From Thermoprotei archaeon (lineage in GTDB: Archaea; Thermoproteota; Thermoprotei; Thermoproteales; B15-G16), in contig QMRC01000011.1 of assembly GCA_003649205.1 (NCBI GenBank), forward strand, positions 1 to 59,968: 59,968 nt of DNA, written 5' to 3'. Positions 48,879-58,009 of the stretch are shown here, piece after piece. Numbering within the stretch: position 1 is the stretch's first letter; the number at the start of each line of letters is the position of its first letter. The notes beneath the pieces are model-generated. The model worked only from the letters and a program-made list of their open reading frames with translations. It was not told the DNA's origin and searched no databases. A program made the position numbers and the translations under genes.

Positions 48879-49946
48879 TCATTGTCGCTTAGTTTCCTGA
48901 GATGTGAATTCTCTTCGAATGGTCTTGGATAACTTTATCCAGTTCAGGAGTTTGGTGTCTGGTGTAAGCAGTAGCATGGATGGTTCTTCATATGTTTCCT
49001 TTGGTTGAGGTAGTACGTACGTTGTTAGGTCTTTCCTCACTACTTCACCTACTTTGATCTTCGTGATTAGGTAGGTGTAGGTTAGTGCTGTTAGTAACCA
49101 CGATAATGCTCTGTATGTCGTAGTGTGTGTCTTACCCAGTACTTGATCTGGTTTGGGGTACCTTATGAGTGCTACGTGTATGCCGTACGTACTTGCTACC
49201 TGTGCTAGCTTGGTATCTGCCGTTATGAGGTATGGTTCAAGTACTAGTGCATTCTTCCTAATGTACTCTCCACAGCTCCGTACTATAACTACATCGCTAC
49301 TACACTCCTTATCCTCAATTGAAGGGATCTCTATGTGTGGTGTACAGCTTCTCTGTAATTGAATTTCGTAGAGTGCAAGCTGTGCTCTTCTACCTTCCAG
49401 TCCTGGTACTCCCTGAAGTATTGTCATTACCTTGGTAGGTAATCCAGATATTGTCTGTTGTATAGTGCTTAATTCCCTACCTACTCTAGATCTCGTGACT
49501 GCGTTTGCTATCTCTTCAAGTGCTTTACTGCAGATTCCTGTTAGTGTGTATCTCCAGGTATCTGTAGGTAGTTCCTGAAGGAGCTTGTGTACAGTACCTG
49601 TGTAGTACGCTGATGTATCGAAGTAGAGAATGGGTTTTCTGATGCTTTTTCCACTGTACTTCAGTACTTCATCTCTCAACGATTGTACTGCTGTATCGCT
49701 CACTATACCTGAGTACAGTAGACAGCACCTAGCTACATCTCTACTACGTTGACTTAACCAAGTTGGTTCTCCACGTAGATTCTCAATGTAGATCCTTGGA
49801 ACGTCAGTACTTAGGTCAATTGTCGCTAGGTCTATCCAGTAACCTCTATCTGGTATGGAGAGTATGAGTTCGCTACAATTCCTACGTGTGTAGTATGTTA
49901 GTACTGCTACTAGGTCACTAGTCGTTACGGTTGTTTCATTGAACAT
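48879..49946 (-). CDS. PIN-domain-like protein
   Basis: LYFDTSAY, ALEEI, SSDVVIV, LITADTKLAQVA. Confidence 0.7.
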   Translation of the reverse strand: MFNETTVTTSDLVAVLTYYTRRNCSELILSIPDRGYWIDLATIDLSTDVPRIYIENLRGEPTWLSQRSRDVARCCLLYSGIVSDTAVQSLRDEVLKYSGKSIRKPILYFDTSAYYTGTVHKLLQELPTDTWRYTLTGICSKALEEIANAVTRSRVGRELSTIQQTISGLPTKVMTILQGVPGLEGRRAQLALYEIQLQRSCTPHIEIPSIEDKECSSDVVIVRSCGEYIRKNALVLEPYLITADTKLAQVASTYGIHVALIRYPKPDQVLGKTHTTTYRALSWLLTALTYTYLITKIKVGEVVRKDLTTYVLPQPKETYEEPSMLLLTPDTKLLNWIKLSKTIRREFTSQETKRQ

Positions 49947-49948
49947 GG

Positions 49949-51805
49949 TTAGGATAGTAGCTCAATCTTCACTCTAAGTGGTATCTTTCTGTTTGGTGCT
50001 GCTAGTCCTGATATCAGTGCTTCACCAATGTCTAGGTCAGGTAGCATCTCTACGTCTTGCCTAATGACAGACTCACAGCTTCTCTGTATCTGTTCTTGAT
50101 CGTAGAAGTTCGTTACTCTGAGCGCTACTATTGTGCTGCATTGTGATAGTACAGTCATGTCTACTCTAGCTGGTCTCTGAGATATTATACAGAGTCCAAG
50201 TCCGTACTTCCTACCTTCAGTAGCTATCTTCCTCAAGATAGGTAGTGTCGTGCTCTCTCTAGCCTCTTCACCTGCTGGAGCATACCTATGAGCTTCCTCA
50301 ATGATGAGAAGCAGTAGGTCACCTTGTTCAGGTCTGTGTACCTCATCGAGATCTGGAAGTTCAGTACCTAAGCTCTTACTCAGCTCCTTGATGTAGTGTG
50401 TTGGCTTTGTTACACAGACTGTGAAGATCTTGTTTAGTAGGTGCGTGATAACTGGTTCAGGGTCTTGAAGTACTCTATGGAGGTCTATGCAGGTTACTGA
50501 TCTCGGCTCTAGTATCCTCAGTATGAGTGCTGTCTCTATGGTGTGTCGGTAGTAGGTTGATACGTAGGTGCTCTCTATGATTCTAAGGTCACGAGCAACA
50601 GAAGCTATTGACTGTGGGTGGTAACCTAGCTTCCTAAGTTCATTAAATACATCTCCCGACCCTAGTAGGAGCTGTGTTATCATCGATACATCATAGCAGT
50701 TCTCACCGAGGATCTGCTGCATACCAGACTCGAGATACTGCGTAGCTATGTCCTTAACTATGTCACTGAAGTAAGCTGATACACCCCTCCTAATAGCTAG
50801 TAATGTGCTAAGTGGTAGTAGTCTGGGTAGGTATAGGTTCATGAGGAGTACCCTACTACCTAGGATCTCCTTAACGAAATCTACCTCACTTGATAGTACA
50901 GCTGGGTTCTTAACATCAATCACCGCAATCTCTTCGAGAGGTACCTTAACTTGCTCGCTCAACTGCTCACTCAATGCCTTCAGCTCACTCTCTGAGGCAT
51001 ATGGTACTAGCACAGTTATCTTGAGATCACTACGACCTAGATCACTCCACAATTTAGATATTAGCGGTGTTGTACCACTCTCAACTAGTCCAAGACCTGT
51101 GTACTGACCCATGGGATCTAGTACCAGTACCTTACCCCTACTGTAGCTCTTGATGAAGCCATAGATCAGTCTCTTAGCTGTCTCCGTCTTACCAGCACCT
51201 GTCTGCGCTAGTATAGCTACGTGGTAGCACAATTTCTTAGGTACGAGGTAAACCTTGACATTTCTCTCATACGATAGGGTCCCCATGTAGATACCACACT
51301 TCATGTACTCATCTCCAAGTGACTCTGTGTGAATTACCTTCTCGAGAATCTCTGGACTCGGTCTAAGGACTAGAGATGTTGGTTGTGGTGGTATGTCTAC
51401 ACTGACTAGTTTCCACCTACAATCTTCTTCCTTCCTCAGTACACCTAGTAGCTGCAGCGTAGCTGTATAGGACTGTAGTTGCCTAGCTATCTGACTACCG
51501 GGTACCTGCTCAATTACCTTCCTAATTATCTCCGTTATGGCTTGAAGCTCTGTACGCTCCCTAGCTAACTGAACTAATTCAGATACTGAGGGTTGAACAG
51601 GAGATTGATATGGTCTTAAGTTAATTACCCTACAGAGGTAGTGCCTACTAACTGTCCTATCCTCAATGAAGAGGAGAGCACCTAGACCAACAACCTCACC
51701 AAACCCCATGTATAGCTGAGCGTAGACTGTTCTATGATCTCGTACTCTAGAGACAATACCGATACCAATACCTAACTCAGTACTCTGAGACATACCCAAA
51801 GACAT
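49949..51805 (-). CDS. herA: HerA-like ATPase/helicase
   Basis: N-terminal HAS-like barrel, HVAILAQTGAGKT, LDPMGQY, LIIEEAH, EGRKYG, SQRP. Confidence 0.9.
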   Translation of the reverse strand: MSLGMSQSTELGIGIGIVSRVRDHRTVYAQLYMGFGEVVGLGALLFIEDRTVSRHYLCRVINLRPYQSPVQPSVSELVQLARERTELQAITEIIRKVIEQVPGSQIARQLQSYTATLQLLGVLRKEEDCRWKLVSVDIPPQPTSLVLRPSPEILEKVIHTESLGDEYMKCGIYMGTLSYERNVKVYLVPKKLCYHVAILAQTGAGKTETAKRLIYGFIKSYSRGKVLVLDPMGQYTGLGLVESGTTPLISKLWSDLGRSDLKITVLVPYASESELKALSEQLSEQVKVPLEEIAVIDVKNPAVLSSEVDFVKEILGSRVLLMNLYLPRLLPLSTLLAIRRGVSAYFSDIVKDIATQYLESGMQQILGENCYDVSMITQLLLGSGDVFNELRKLGYHPQSIASVARDLRIIESTYVSTYYRHTIETALILRILEPRSVTCIDLHRVLQDPEPVITHLLNKIFTVCVTKPTHYIKELSKSLGTELPDLDEVHRPEQGDLLLLIIEEAHRYAPAGEEARESTTLPILRKIATEGRKYGLGLCIISQRPARVDMTVLSQCSTIVALRVTNFYDQEQIQRSCESVIRQDVEMLPDLDIGEALISGLAAPNRKIPLRVKIELLS

Positions 51806-53372
51806 ACCTCCTAGCTGTGAAATATCTGTGTACTAATGTAAGTGGTATTACCCTAAGTCTGAGGTACCTCTCGAGTACGTTAATGAACTCCCTCTCACTA
51901 GGTCTAATCCAGGAGTAGTAGTCAGCCATTAGTATGGGTGCAGGATACCCATGTACATTCACCTTGGATAGTGCAAGCACGTACCTAAGCGCTCTCTCTA
52001 GTTCGTCTTTCCTCAACTCTAGGTAGGCTGGGTACTCAACCCTTATGGGTGCTCTAATGGTTAGTAGTGACAGTGCTTTTCTAAGGGTACCTGGTTGGGC
52101 ATGTACTTCTCCTAGGATCTTGCTCTTGATGTAGTCTAGTGATTTAATCTCATCTAGGAATAGGTACGTGAACCTAATGTCGTATGGTCCTGCAAGTCCT
52201 CTATCCACGCTGTACACTATGTTACGTAGCTCTGTAGTGTAGTAACCGTAGTCTAGAGCTATCCTCGATAGTGAGTATGCTGTGTTTGGTAGCTTATCTA
52301 CATGAAACTCAACCAACTTACTACGCTTGAATCGAGGTGCTGATGACTCAGGTATTCCGTCTATGAGCAAGCCCTCCGTCGCCATCATGGTTAGTAGCTC
52401 CGCATCGGATATCCGTAGTTTAGTTCTGTGCTCTCTCACGTACTCCATAGCTACCCTAGTAGCGACGTAGTGCTCATCCACCGTAGCTCCTCGATAGGCC
52501 TCTATTAGCTGATTAAGCGTATCAAGCACGTAGACCGCGTGCTCAGTAATAGGTTCCTCATAGTACCTAACAACAGCATCCTCAAGCATGTTGCTAGCTC
52601 TCCTCACATCTCGTTGTAGCTCACGTACTAGTGACAGAACGGAGTACCTAATGAATAACCTACTCCTCCTAATATCTTCGAGAACCCCCATTGGGAATAC
52701 ACAGCTATCTCTACCTAATTCGAGGAGCTCATGTAGTATTGCTACGATTATCCTGGACGATACGTACCTTCTCCTACCTCCCTCCTCACTAGGCCTCACT
52801 GCACTGTAGTCATCCCTTACCTTTCTAAGGAACTCTACCACATCATCTTCATTCCAGCCAGCAACCATGAGTATCCTACGTAGAAGATCCTCAGGTATGT
52901 CGTAGGTACTCCTATCGTACTGAACTAACTGATGTACTAGTGGTCCATGTCTCAACACGAGAATCGGTCCAGTGAAGTATTTAGCAAGTCTCTCCTCTCT
53001 AGCTACCTTGAGCATTGTCGCTACTTCGAGTAAGTACCTGGCAGCTTCGTGAAATTCCTCCTGGGAGTAGAGTAGAATTGCTACAGGACCTATCCTGTCA
53101 CTCCATGGAATTCTGATCTCTTCACGAACTTCCCCACCAAGGACCTTCCTGCTGTAGATAGCTATCTTTGTTGCAGATACGTACTTCTCCTTTGAGAATA
53201 CGTACCCAGCATCAATAGCGTAGACGCCAGGAACCTCTTCACCGTGAAGCACCTTGAGTAAGGTATCTAGGTTAGTGAGGAGTTTGCTGAATCTCTCTAT
53301 AAGGTGTCGAGACCATGCTAGGACTGTGTACAGTACTGGGTCTAGTACTATGGGTTGTGGAAGAGAACTCAC
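51777..53372 (-). CDS. nurA: NurA-like nuclease (divergent)
   Basis: YAIDAG, LRHGPL, PIRVEYP, HGYPAPILMAD; overlaps the herA start. Confidence 0.75.
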   Translation of the reverse strand: MSSLPQPIVLDPVLYTVLAWSRHLIERFSKLLTNLDTLLKVLHGEEVPGVYAIDAGYVFSKEKYVSATKIAIYSRKVLGGEVREEIRIPWSDRIGPVAILLYSQEEFHEAARYLLEVATMLKVAREERLAKYFTGPILVLRHGPLVHQLVQYDRSTYDIPEDLLRRILMVAGWNEDDVVEFLRKVRDDYSAVRPSEEGGRRRYVSSRIIVAILHELLELGRDSCVFPMGVLEDIRRSRLFIRYSVLSLVRELQRDVRRASNMLEDAVVRYYEEPITEHAVYVLDTLNQLIEAYRGATVDEHYVATRVAMEYVREHRTKLRISDAELLTMMATEGLLIDGIPESSAPRFKRSKLVEFHVDKLPNTAYSLSRIALDYGYYTTELRNIVYSVDRGLAGPYDIRFTYLFLDEIKSLDYIKSKILGEVHAQPGTLRKALSLLTIRAPIRVEYPAYLELRKDELERALRYVLALSKVNVHGYPAPILMADYYSWIRPSEREFINVLERYLRLRVIPLTLVHRYFTARRYVFGYVSEY

Positions 53373-53460
53373 GTATGCAACCTCCAGCTCGATCTAGATA
53401 CCGAGGAACTACCTAATGTAATCTACTCCCTTCCCCAGACAATCTACCTGTGATATAGTT

Positions 53461-54519
53461 TTACTCACACCTAACTACGTAGGATATGTGTGGTTCACTA
53501 ACGGGTAGAGTGAGTACGTACTTACCGCATCCAGCAGCTGCTAACTGACCAACACCCATGTACTGACCAAGTATCAGTAACTGAAGAGCTAGCATACTAA
53601 TGCTTTTTCTCCAGAAGGATTGCTGCACCTCGTACACGAAGTAACCCCTAATGAATGTTCCGAGAACCCTCCTCTCATCACTAGCAATCATGTACTTACG
53701 TAGAACAACCTTACTCCTATGTGCGTATACCAACTTCGCATTAGCCCTAACAGCATCCCTAAGCTCTCTAGCTTCAAGCACTGAGAGTACTTGACCAACC
53801 CTGTGAAATGCAGCTAATTGACTATACCTCCTAGCTAAATTCATCACAATGGCGTGTAGTGGCGGCTCAGTTACTACCTGACGATTGTGCACTACCATGG
53901 TTGGTGTCGTGAAGTTCAGGACTATGTACCTAGGCCTTAACTCCCTAAGAGCAATTGCCTTCTTCTCAACTCTCCTCAGTAAATCATCACTTAGCACGGT
54001 AGTGGGTATTGGTTCCCTGATGATACCAGCATCGTCCCTATAGACTACCTGTACTGAACCCGTAAAGGGGTCAATTCTGAGAATTCTTGAGATAAAGAAC
54101 CTCCTCCTCTCACCATACCTAGCATCCATACCTAGACCCAACATACCACACTTCAGTAGTGATAGTATGATCACTGGCTCACATCTAAGCTCAATCAAGT
54201 ACCTAGGTGCTAGCAAGTAGAAGCCAAATACTATCTCACGACCACGGATGATAGCTGGTTCAACTGAGTAAGGTCTCGATACACCAGCTCTTGCACCTCT
54301 CTTAGCGAAATCAACATCATAGTCACAGCTCCTACTCTCGAAGAAGTGGTAGTAGATGCACCTCCCTCTCATGCAGCAACCACTGCAGTTTCGAGAACCA
54401 GTAACACAGCACACACTACGTAGAGCAGAACCAATCATCCCTCTAGTAGCAAATCCAGTGAATCCCCTCGGTCTAGTGTAGTCTCTAGCTAGAACACCAT
54501 GTACGAGGTACAGAAGCAT
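53461..54519 (-). CDS. cas6: Cas6 endoribonuclease (Cys-rich type)
   Basis: GFATRGMIG, CC..C..C...C.Y cluster, FTTPT, G-loop GVGQLAAAGCGKY. Confidence 0.85.
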   Translation of the reverse strand: MLLYLVHGVLARDYTRPRGFTGFATRGMIGSALRSVCCVTGSRNCSGCCMRGRCIYYHFFESRSCDYDVDFAKRGARAGVSRPYSVEPAIIRGREIVFGFYLLAPRYLIELRCEPVIILSLLKCGMLGLGMDARYGERRRFFISRILRIDPFTGSVQVVYRDDAGIIREPIPTTVLSDDLLRRVEKKAIALRELRPRYIVLNFTTPTMVVHNRQVVTEPPLHAIVMNLARRYSQLAAFHRVGQVLSVLEARELRDAVRANAKLVYAHRSKVVLRKYMIASDERRVLGTFIRGYFVYEVQQSFWRKSISMLALQLLILGQYMGVGQLAAAGCGKYVLTLPVSEPHISYVVRCE

Positions 54520-54563
54520 CTAACATAGTTCACGGTGAGAAAACCTATGTAAGTTAGTGCTAC

Positions 54564-55247
54564 GTGGAGTTCGGTGATGGTGATGGTGTGAGGCTTGGTT
54601 TACTCCCCGTTACAGTGTACGCTAGGGATCTCGTTGATTACCTCATATGCCCTCACCGCATATACTTAAGGAGGTACCTGTACCTACGTGGAGTAGTTAC
54701 GGAGTACATGAGTGTTGGTGGTGAGGTACATAAGCTCCTGTACATGTACCTTCAGGGACGTGACGTTGGGAGGGAGCTGGTTAGGTACGGGATTGATGTG
54801 GGTAAGTTACGTGAGGTCTATAGTGAGCTTAGGAAGTTAGGTGATGTGGAGTGTGAGGTCGAGGTAGGGTATGGGCCGCTTGCTGGTTCCATAGATTTGC
54901 TCGCTGGTGGGGTCCCTGTAGAGGTTAAGTACAGTACGAGACCTAGGTTCGGTGATGTGGTGCAGCTTGCATTCTACGTACTCTTACTGGAGCTCTCGAA
55001 GGGAAGGAACATATCTCGAGGTTACTTACTGTACCTCCCCTCCTGTAATCTCATTGAGATCAAGGTTGAGAGTTGGTTAAAGAGACTTGTTCTCGAGTTT
55101 TGTAAGGAGGTTCAACTCATTAAGTTAGGTCTCGTAGATTCTAGTCCTCGGTCGAGAAGAGCTTGCAAGGGGTGTGAGCTAGGTATGTACTGTAAATTCC
55201 GTGGTGAGGGGGGTGCCGAAGAGAGGTCTCTGGCTTCTCGTAGGTAG
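54564..55247 (+). CDS. cas4: Cas4 exonuclease
   Basis: YLICP, GGEVH, GSIDL, VEVK, QLAFY, CKGC.....C. Confidence 0.9.
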   Translation: MEFGDGDGVRLGLLPVTVYARDLVDYLICPHRIYLRRYLYLRGVVTEYMSVGGEVHKLLYMYLQGRDVGRELVRYGIDVGKLREVYSELRKLGDVECEVEVGYGPLAGSIDLLAGGVPVEVKYSTRPRFGDVVQLAFYVLLLELSKGRNISRGYLLYLPSCNLIEIKVESWLKRLVLEFCKEVQLIKLGLVDSSPRSRRACKGCELGMYCKFRGEGGAEERSLASRR

Positions 55248-56133
55248 GTACAGGGTAGGTGCTGAGAGTGAGCACCTCTACGTTCAGGAGCTTGATACCG
55301 GTAAGCTAGTGTATAGGAATGTTGCTCCTAGATTGTTGAGTAGTGTCTTGAGTACTGACCAAAGTCTCTTCACATCATCTGCTATCTGTCTACTAACGAG
55401 ATTTGAAGTACCATTGGTAGTTCTCTCTCGTGACCTTACTCAAGTTCTCTACTACGTTTACTGTGATGTATCTCCAGGGCTCTACAGCGAGATACTACTC
55501 AATCAGTACCAAGCTCAGGTAACCGACCTCATGCTTACGCTTCAGAAAAATCTACTAACTACAGCACTCAATTCCATAGCTAAAGCACTCGCCATCTACG
55601 GTACACGCCTAACTAGGCTTCTCCCAGTAATTCGAGCGTATAGAGCGCAGGTGGAGTGTAGTGAATTAAGTGAGGTACCTGAGCTAGATCAGGAATTCCT
55701 CAGTACCTTCCTTGAGTACGTGGCTAGAGAGCTAGATCTAGAACCTAACTACGTGAGTGATCTACATCAGAAACTACGTACCATTGCCTGTGGTGAAGTA
55801 CTTGCTGAAGTAGTTAAGGTAGGTCTTCAACCAGACATTGGATTAAGAACTGAACCGCTGGCCCTACTTGACGTACTTAAACCACTTACCTATATACCGA
55901 CACTTAAGACAGTACTTGATGTGTATGTAGTGAGTGGTGAGGTACCTAACCTACGTAATGTAGTCAAGAAGCTCTATGAAAACATATACTGTACACGTTA
56001 CAGGTGTAGTGATCAGGTAAGTAACTACGTGTGGTTCTTGAAGCAGTACCTAAGGAAATTACGTGAGTGGTTTAAAGAACTAACATCAGAGGTACCTACT
56101 CTAGAGCTGTATCCAGTGCTAGAGAAACCATAG
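55201..56133 (+). CDS. cas1: divergent Cas1 homolog, probably catalytically impaired
   Basis: N-terminal beta domain (FTSSAICLLTRFEVPLVV), NQY, GLQPDIGLRT matching GLDPxxGFLH without His, LALLDVLKP; follows cas4. Confidence 0.7.
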   Translation: MVRGVPKRGLWLLVGRYRVGAESEHLYVQELDTGKLVYRNVAPRLLSSVLSTDQSLFTSSAICLLTRFEVPLVVLSRDLTQVLYYVYCDVSPGLYSEILLNQYQAQVTDLMLTLQKNLLTTALNSIAKALAIYGTRLTRLLPVIRAYRAQVECSELSEVPELDQEFLSTFLEYVARELDLEPNYVSDLHQKLRTIACGEVLAEVVKVGLQPDIGLRTEPLALLDVLKPLTYIPTLKTVLDVYVVSGEVPNLRNVVKKLYENIYCTRYRCSDQVSNYVWFLKQYLRKLREWFKELTSEVPTLELYPVLEKP

Positions 56134-57297
56134 TTTCCTCGATTCAATAGCTACATCACCTAGACCTAACTTCGCAAATGTAGTTACCCTATGCGGGTAC
56201 AGGACAGTATTTGGTAGCTTAGTCCTGAGGATACAGGTACCCCAGTGAAGCTGAGCTAACCAATAGACATCTCTGGAGAGTGCTACAACATCAACATCCT
56301 CCCAAGACCAAGGCTCAACAACCTCCACAACAACAGGTCTCGGAGTAGCACCAAGGTGAGTAACCTCAGCATCGGGAATACCTAGAGTAGCAACAACAAC
56401 CCTACTACTACCCAGCCTAATCCAGGTACCTCTCCAAGGTTGCTGAGTTCTACCACCCATGAGGTTCAGCAACCTAATGGGTACAGACTTCATGACAGAA
56501 ACCATGACATACCTATCAATACCGAGATCACGAAGAACCTTCCTCAAACTATGAACCTCAGTAAAGTGGTATGGACCATCCCTATGAATGACAACTAAAC
56601 CACCACGGTACCTATCCTGGAGTACTTCAGCAACTAGATCGCCAACTTCAGGAGCAATCCTCTCAAGCGATGACCTCCTACAGAACCACTCAGTACAACC
56701 ACTAGACCTATCGTAGACGACAGTAGACACAACACCACCACCCACATCAAAACCGATGTAGAGATCACCGTAGAGACCACTGCGAACAGCCCAAGGAATA
56801 CCACCACACTTAGCAAAGACACCAACAGCAACATTAGCCAATACAACACCTCTAGACCTCAGGTACTTAACCGTGCTGTGAGTAACCATTTGACTGGGAA
56901 TACCATGACTAGCAATAACCTGCTTGAGGGGTATGTATGGATCGTCAGAGAACTGAACAGTGAATTCATCAGGGACGGTACACAGCACGAGATCAACATC
57001 GTGGATAGACCTAGCTAACTCAATAGCCTCACCATATGAGCTAAACTCAAGAACATCGAGAACTGTAACCTCACAACGAAACCACTTATCCAAACCACCG
57101 AAGACACCAACACCCTCAATTAAGTTCCTGAGAAACTCCCTAAACTCAGACCTCAAATCCCTATAAACCATACACAACATTGTTAAGCTAGGTAAGGACC
57201 TAAATGGACCATAACCAAGTTTGAATGCTTGCAGCGGATCTAGAGCGGTACCACTAGAGAACTCGAGTACAGGTCTAGAGAATATACCCCACCTCAT
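56119..57297 (-). CDS. ago: short prokaryotic Argonaute (MID + PIWI), about 392 aa
   Basis: MID PYIPLK..PSQMV..AKCGGIPW; PIWI YIGFDVG, IHRDG, K, P.RG, TPRP, LHW, KLPNTVLYPH; C-terminal LWFL; start at ATG 57297. Confidence 0.9.
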   Translation of the reverse strand: MRWGIFSRPVLEFSSGTALDPLQAFKLGYGPFRSLPSLTMLCMVYRDLRSEFREFLRNLIEGVGVFGGLDKWFRCEVTVLDVLEFSSYGEAIELARSIHDVDLVLCTVPDEFTVQFSDDPYIPLKQVIASHGIPSQMVTHSTVKYLRSRGVVLANVAVGVFAKCGGIPWAVRSGLYGDLYIGFDVGGGVVSTVVYDRSSGCTEWFCRRSSLERIAPEVGDLVAEVLQDRYRGGLVVIHRDGPYHFTEVHSLRKVLRDLGIDRYVMVSVMKSVPIRLLNLMGGRTQQPWRGTWIRLGSSRVVVATLGIPDAEVTHLGATPRPVVVEVVEPWSWEDVDVVALSRDVYWLAQLHWGTCILRTKLPNTVLYPHRVTTFAKLGLGDVAIESRKLWFL

Positions 57298-57352
57298 CAA
57301 GTAAGTAACTACGTGAGGTATCGATATCAGTAACCACACAGGTACACACTCT

Positions 57353-58009
57353 GTGAGTAGACTTAGATACGAAGTACTTAGGTACCTTCTGAGTAGGGAC
57401 AGAGCTACGTTAAGTGACCTACTCGGAGTATTTGGTCCACCGATAGTGGATGTTCTTGAGAAGCTGAAGAGGGAAGGGTACGTAGTAATTGAAGGTAATA
57501 CCGTTAAGTTGAGGGAATTAGCTAGGGAGGTTCTCACAGCACAGATACTTAAAGGACCAAAGCTAGTTCTCATTCCAAGAAACACCGAGAGCGCCACAGG
57601 AGGACCTACACTAGGTAGCTTCGCTGTGAAATTACCATCGAGAAACTACCGTGGAGTACCAAGGATGGAGATTACGGTACTACATCTAAGCTACGTAACT
57701 ACTGAGCAGTTGCTGGAGCTAGCTATCGACATCAGAAAGGTGTACAGTACCTTCCCGAACTGCGTGAGAGAACTTCAGCACCTAACTACACTCGTGAGGT
57801 ACGTGAAAGCACATAGAAATGAACTTATTAGGTCAATAGCACGTGAAATCGAGGCATTTATAGCATCAGTACGGTCATACCTCAGTAGGTGGAACTCACT
57901 AAAACCAGAGACCAGGGAGGAAGCTATCAAGTACGTGAGGAGCTACGGTGAGAAGCTGAGTAAGTTGATTACAGAGCTCTCGATAGTTGGTTCTAAGAGC
58001 GGTAATTAA
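57353..58009 (+). CDS. wHTH-containing protein divergent from ago
   Basis: ATLSDLL...VLEKLKREGYVVIEGNTVKL wHTH, then unknown helical domain. Confidence 0.65.
   Translation: MSRLRYEVLRYLLSRDRATLSDLLGVFGPPIVDVLEKLKREGYVVIEGNTVKLRELAREVLTAQILKGPKLVLIPRNTESATGGPTLGSFAVKLPSRNYRGVPRMEITVLHLSYVTTEQLLELAIDIRKVYSTFPNCVRELQHLTTLVRYVKAHRNELIRSIAREIEAFIASVRSYLSRWNSLKPETREEAIKYVRSYGEKLSKLITELSIVGSKSGN

Noticed and set aside
57298-57597. N-terminal 100 aa of the 492-aa Ago ORF as a possible N/PAZ remnant
   Set aside because: Overlaps the opposite-strand wHTH gene and reads as antisense; ATG 57297 is the more plausible start
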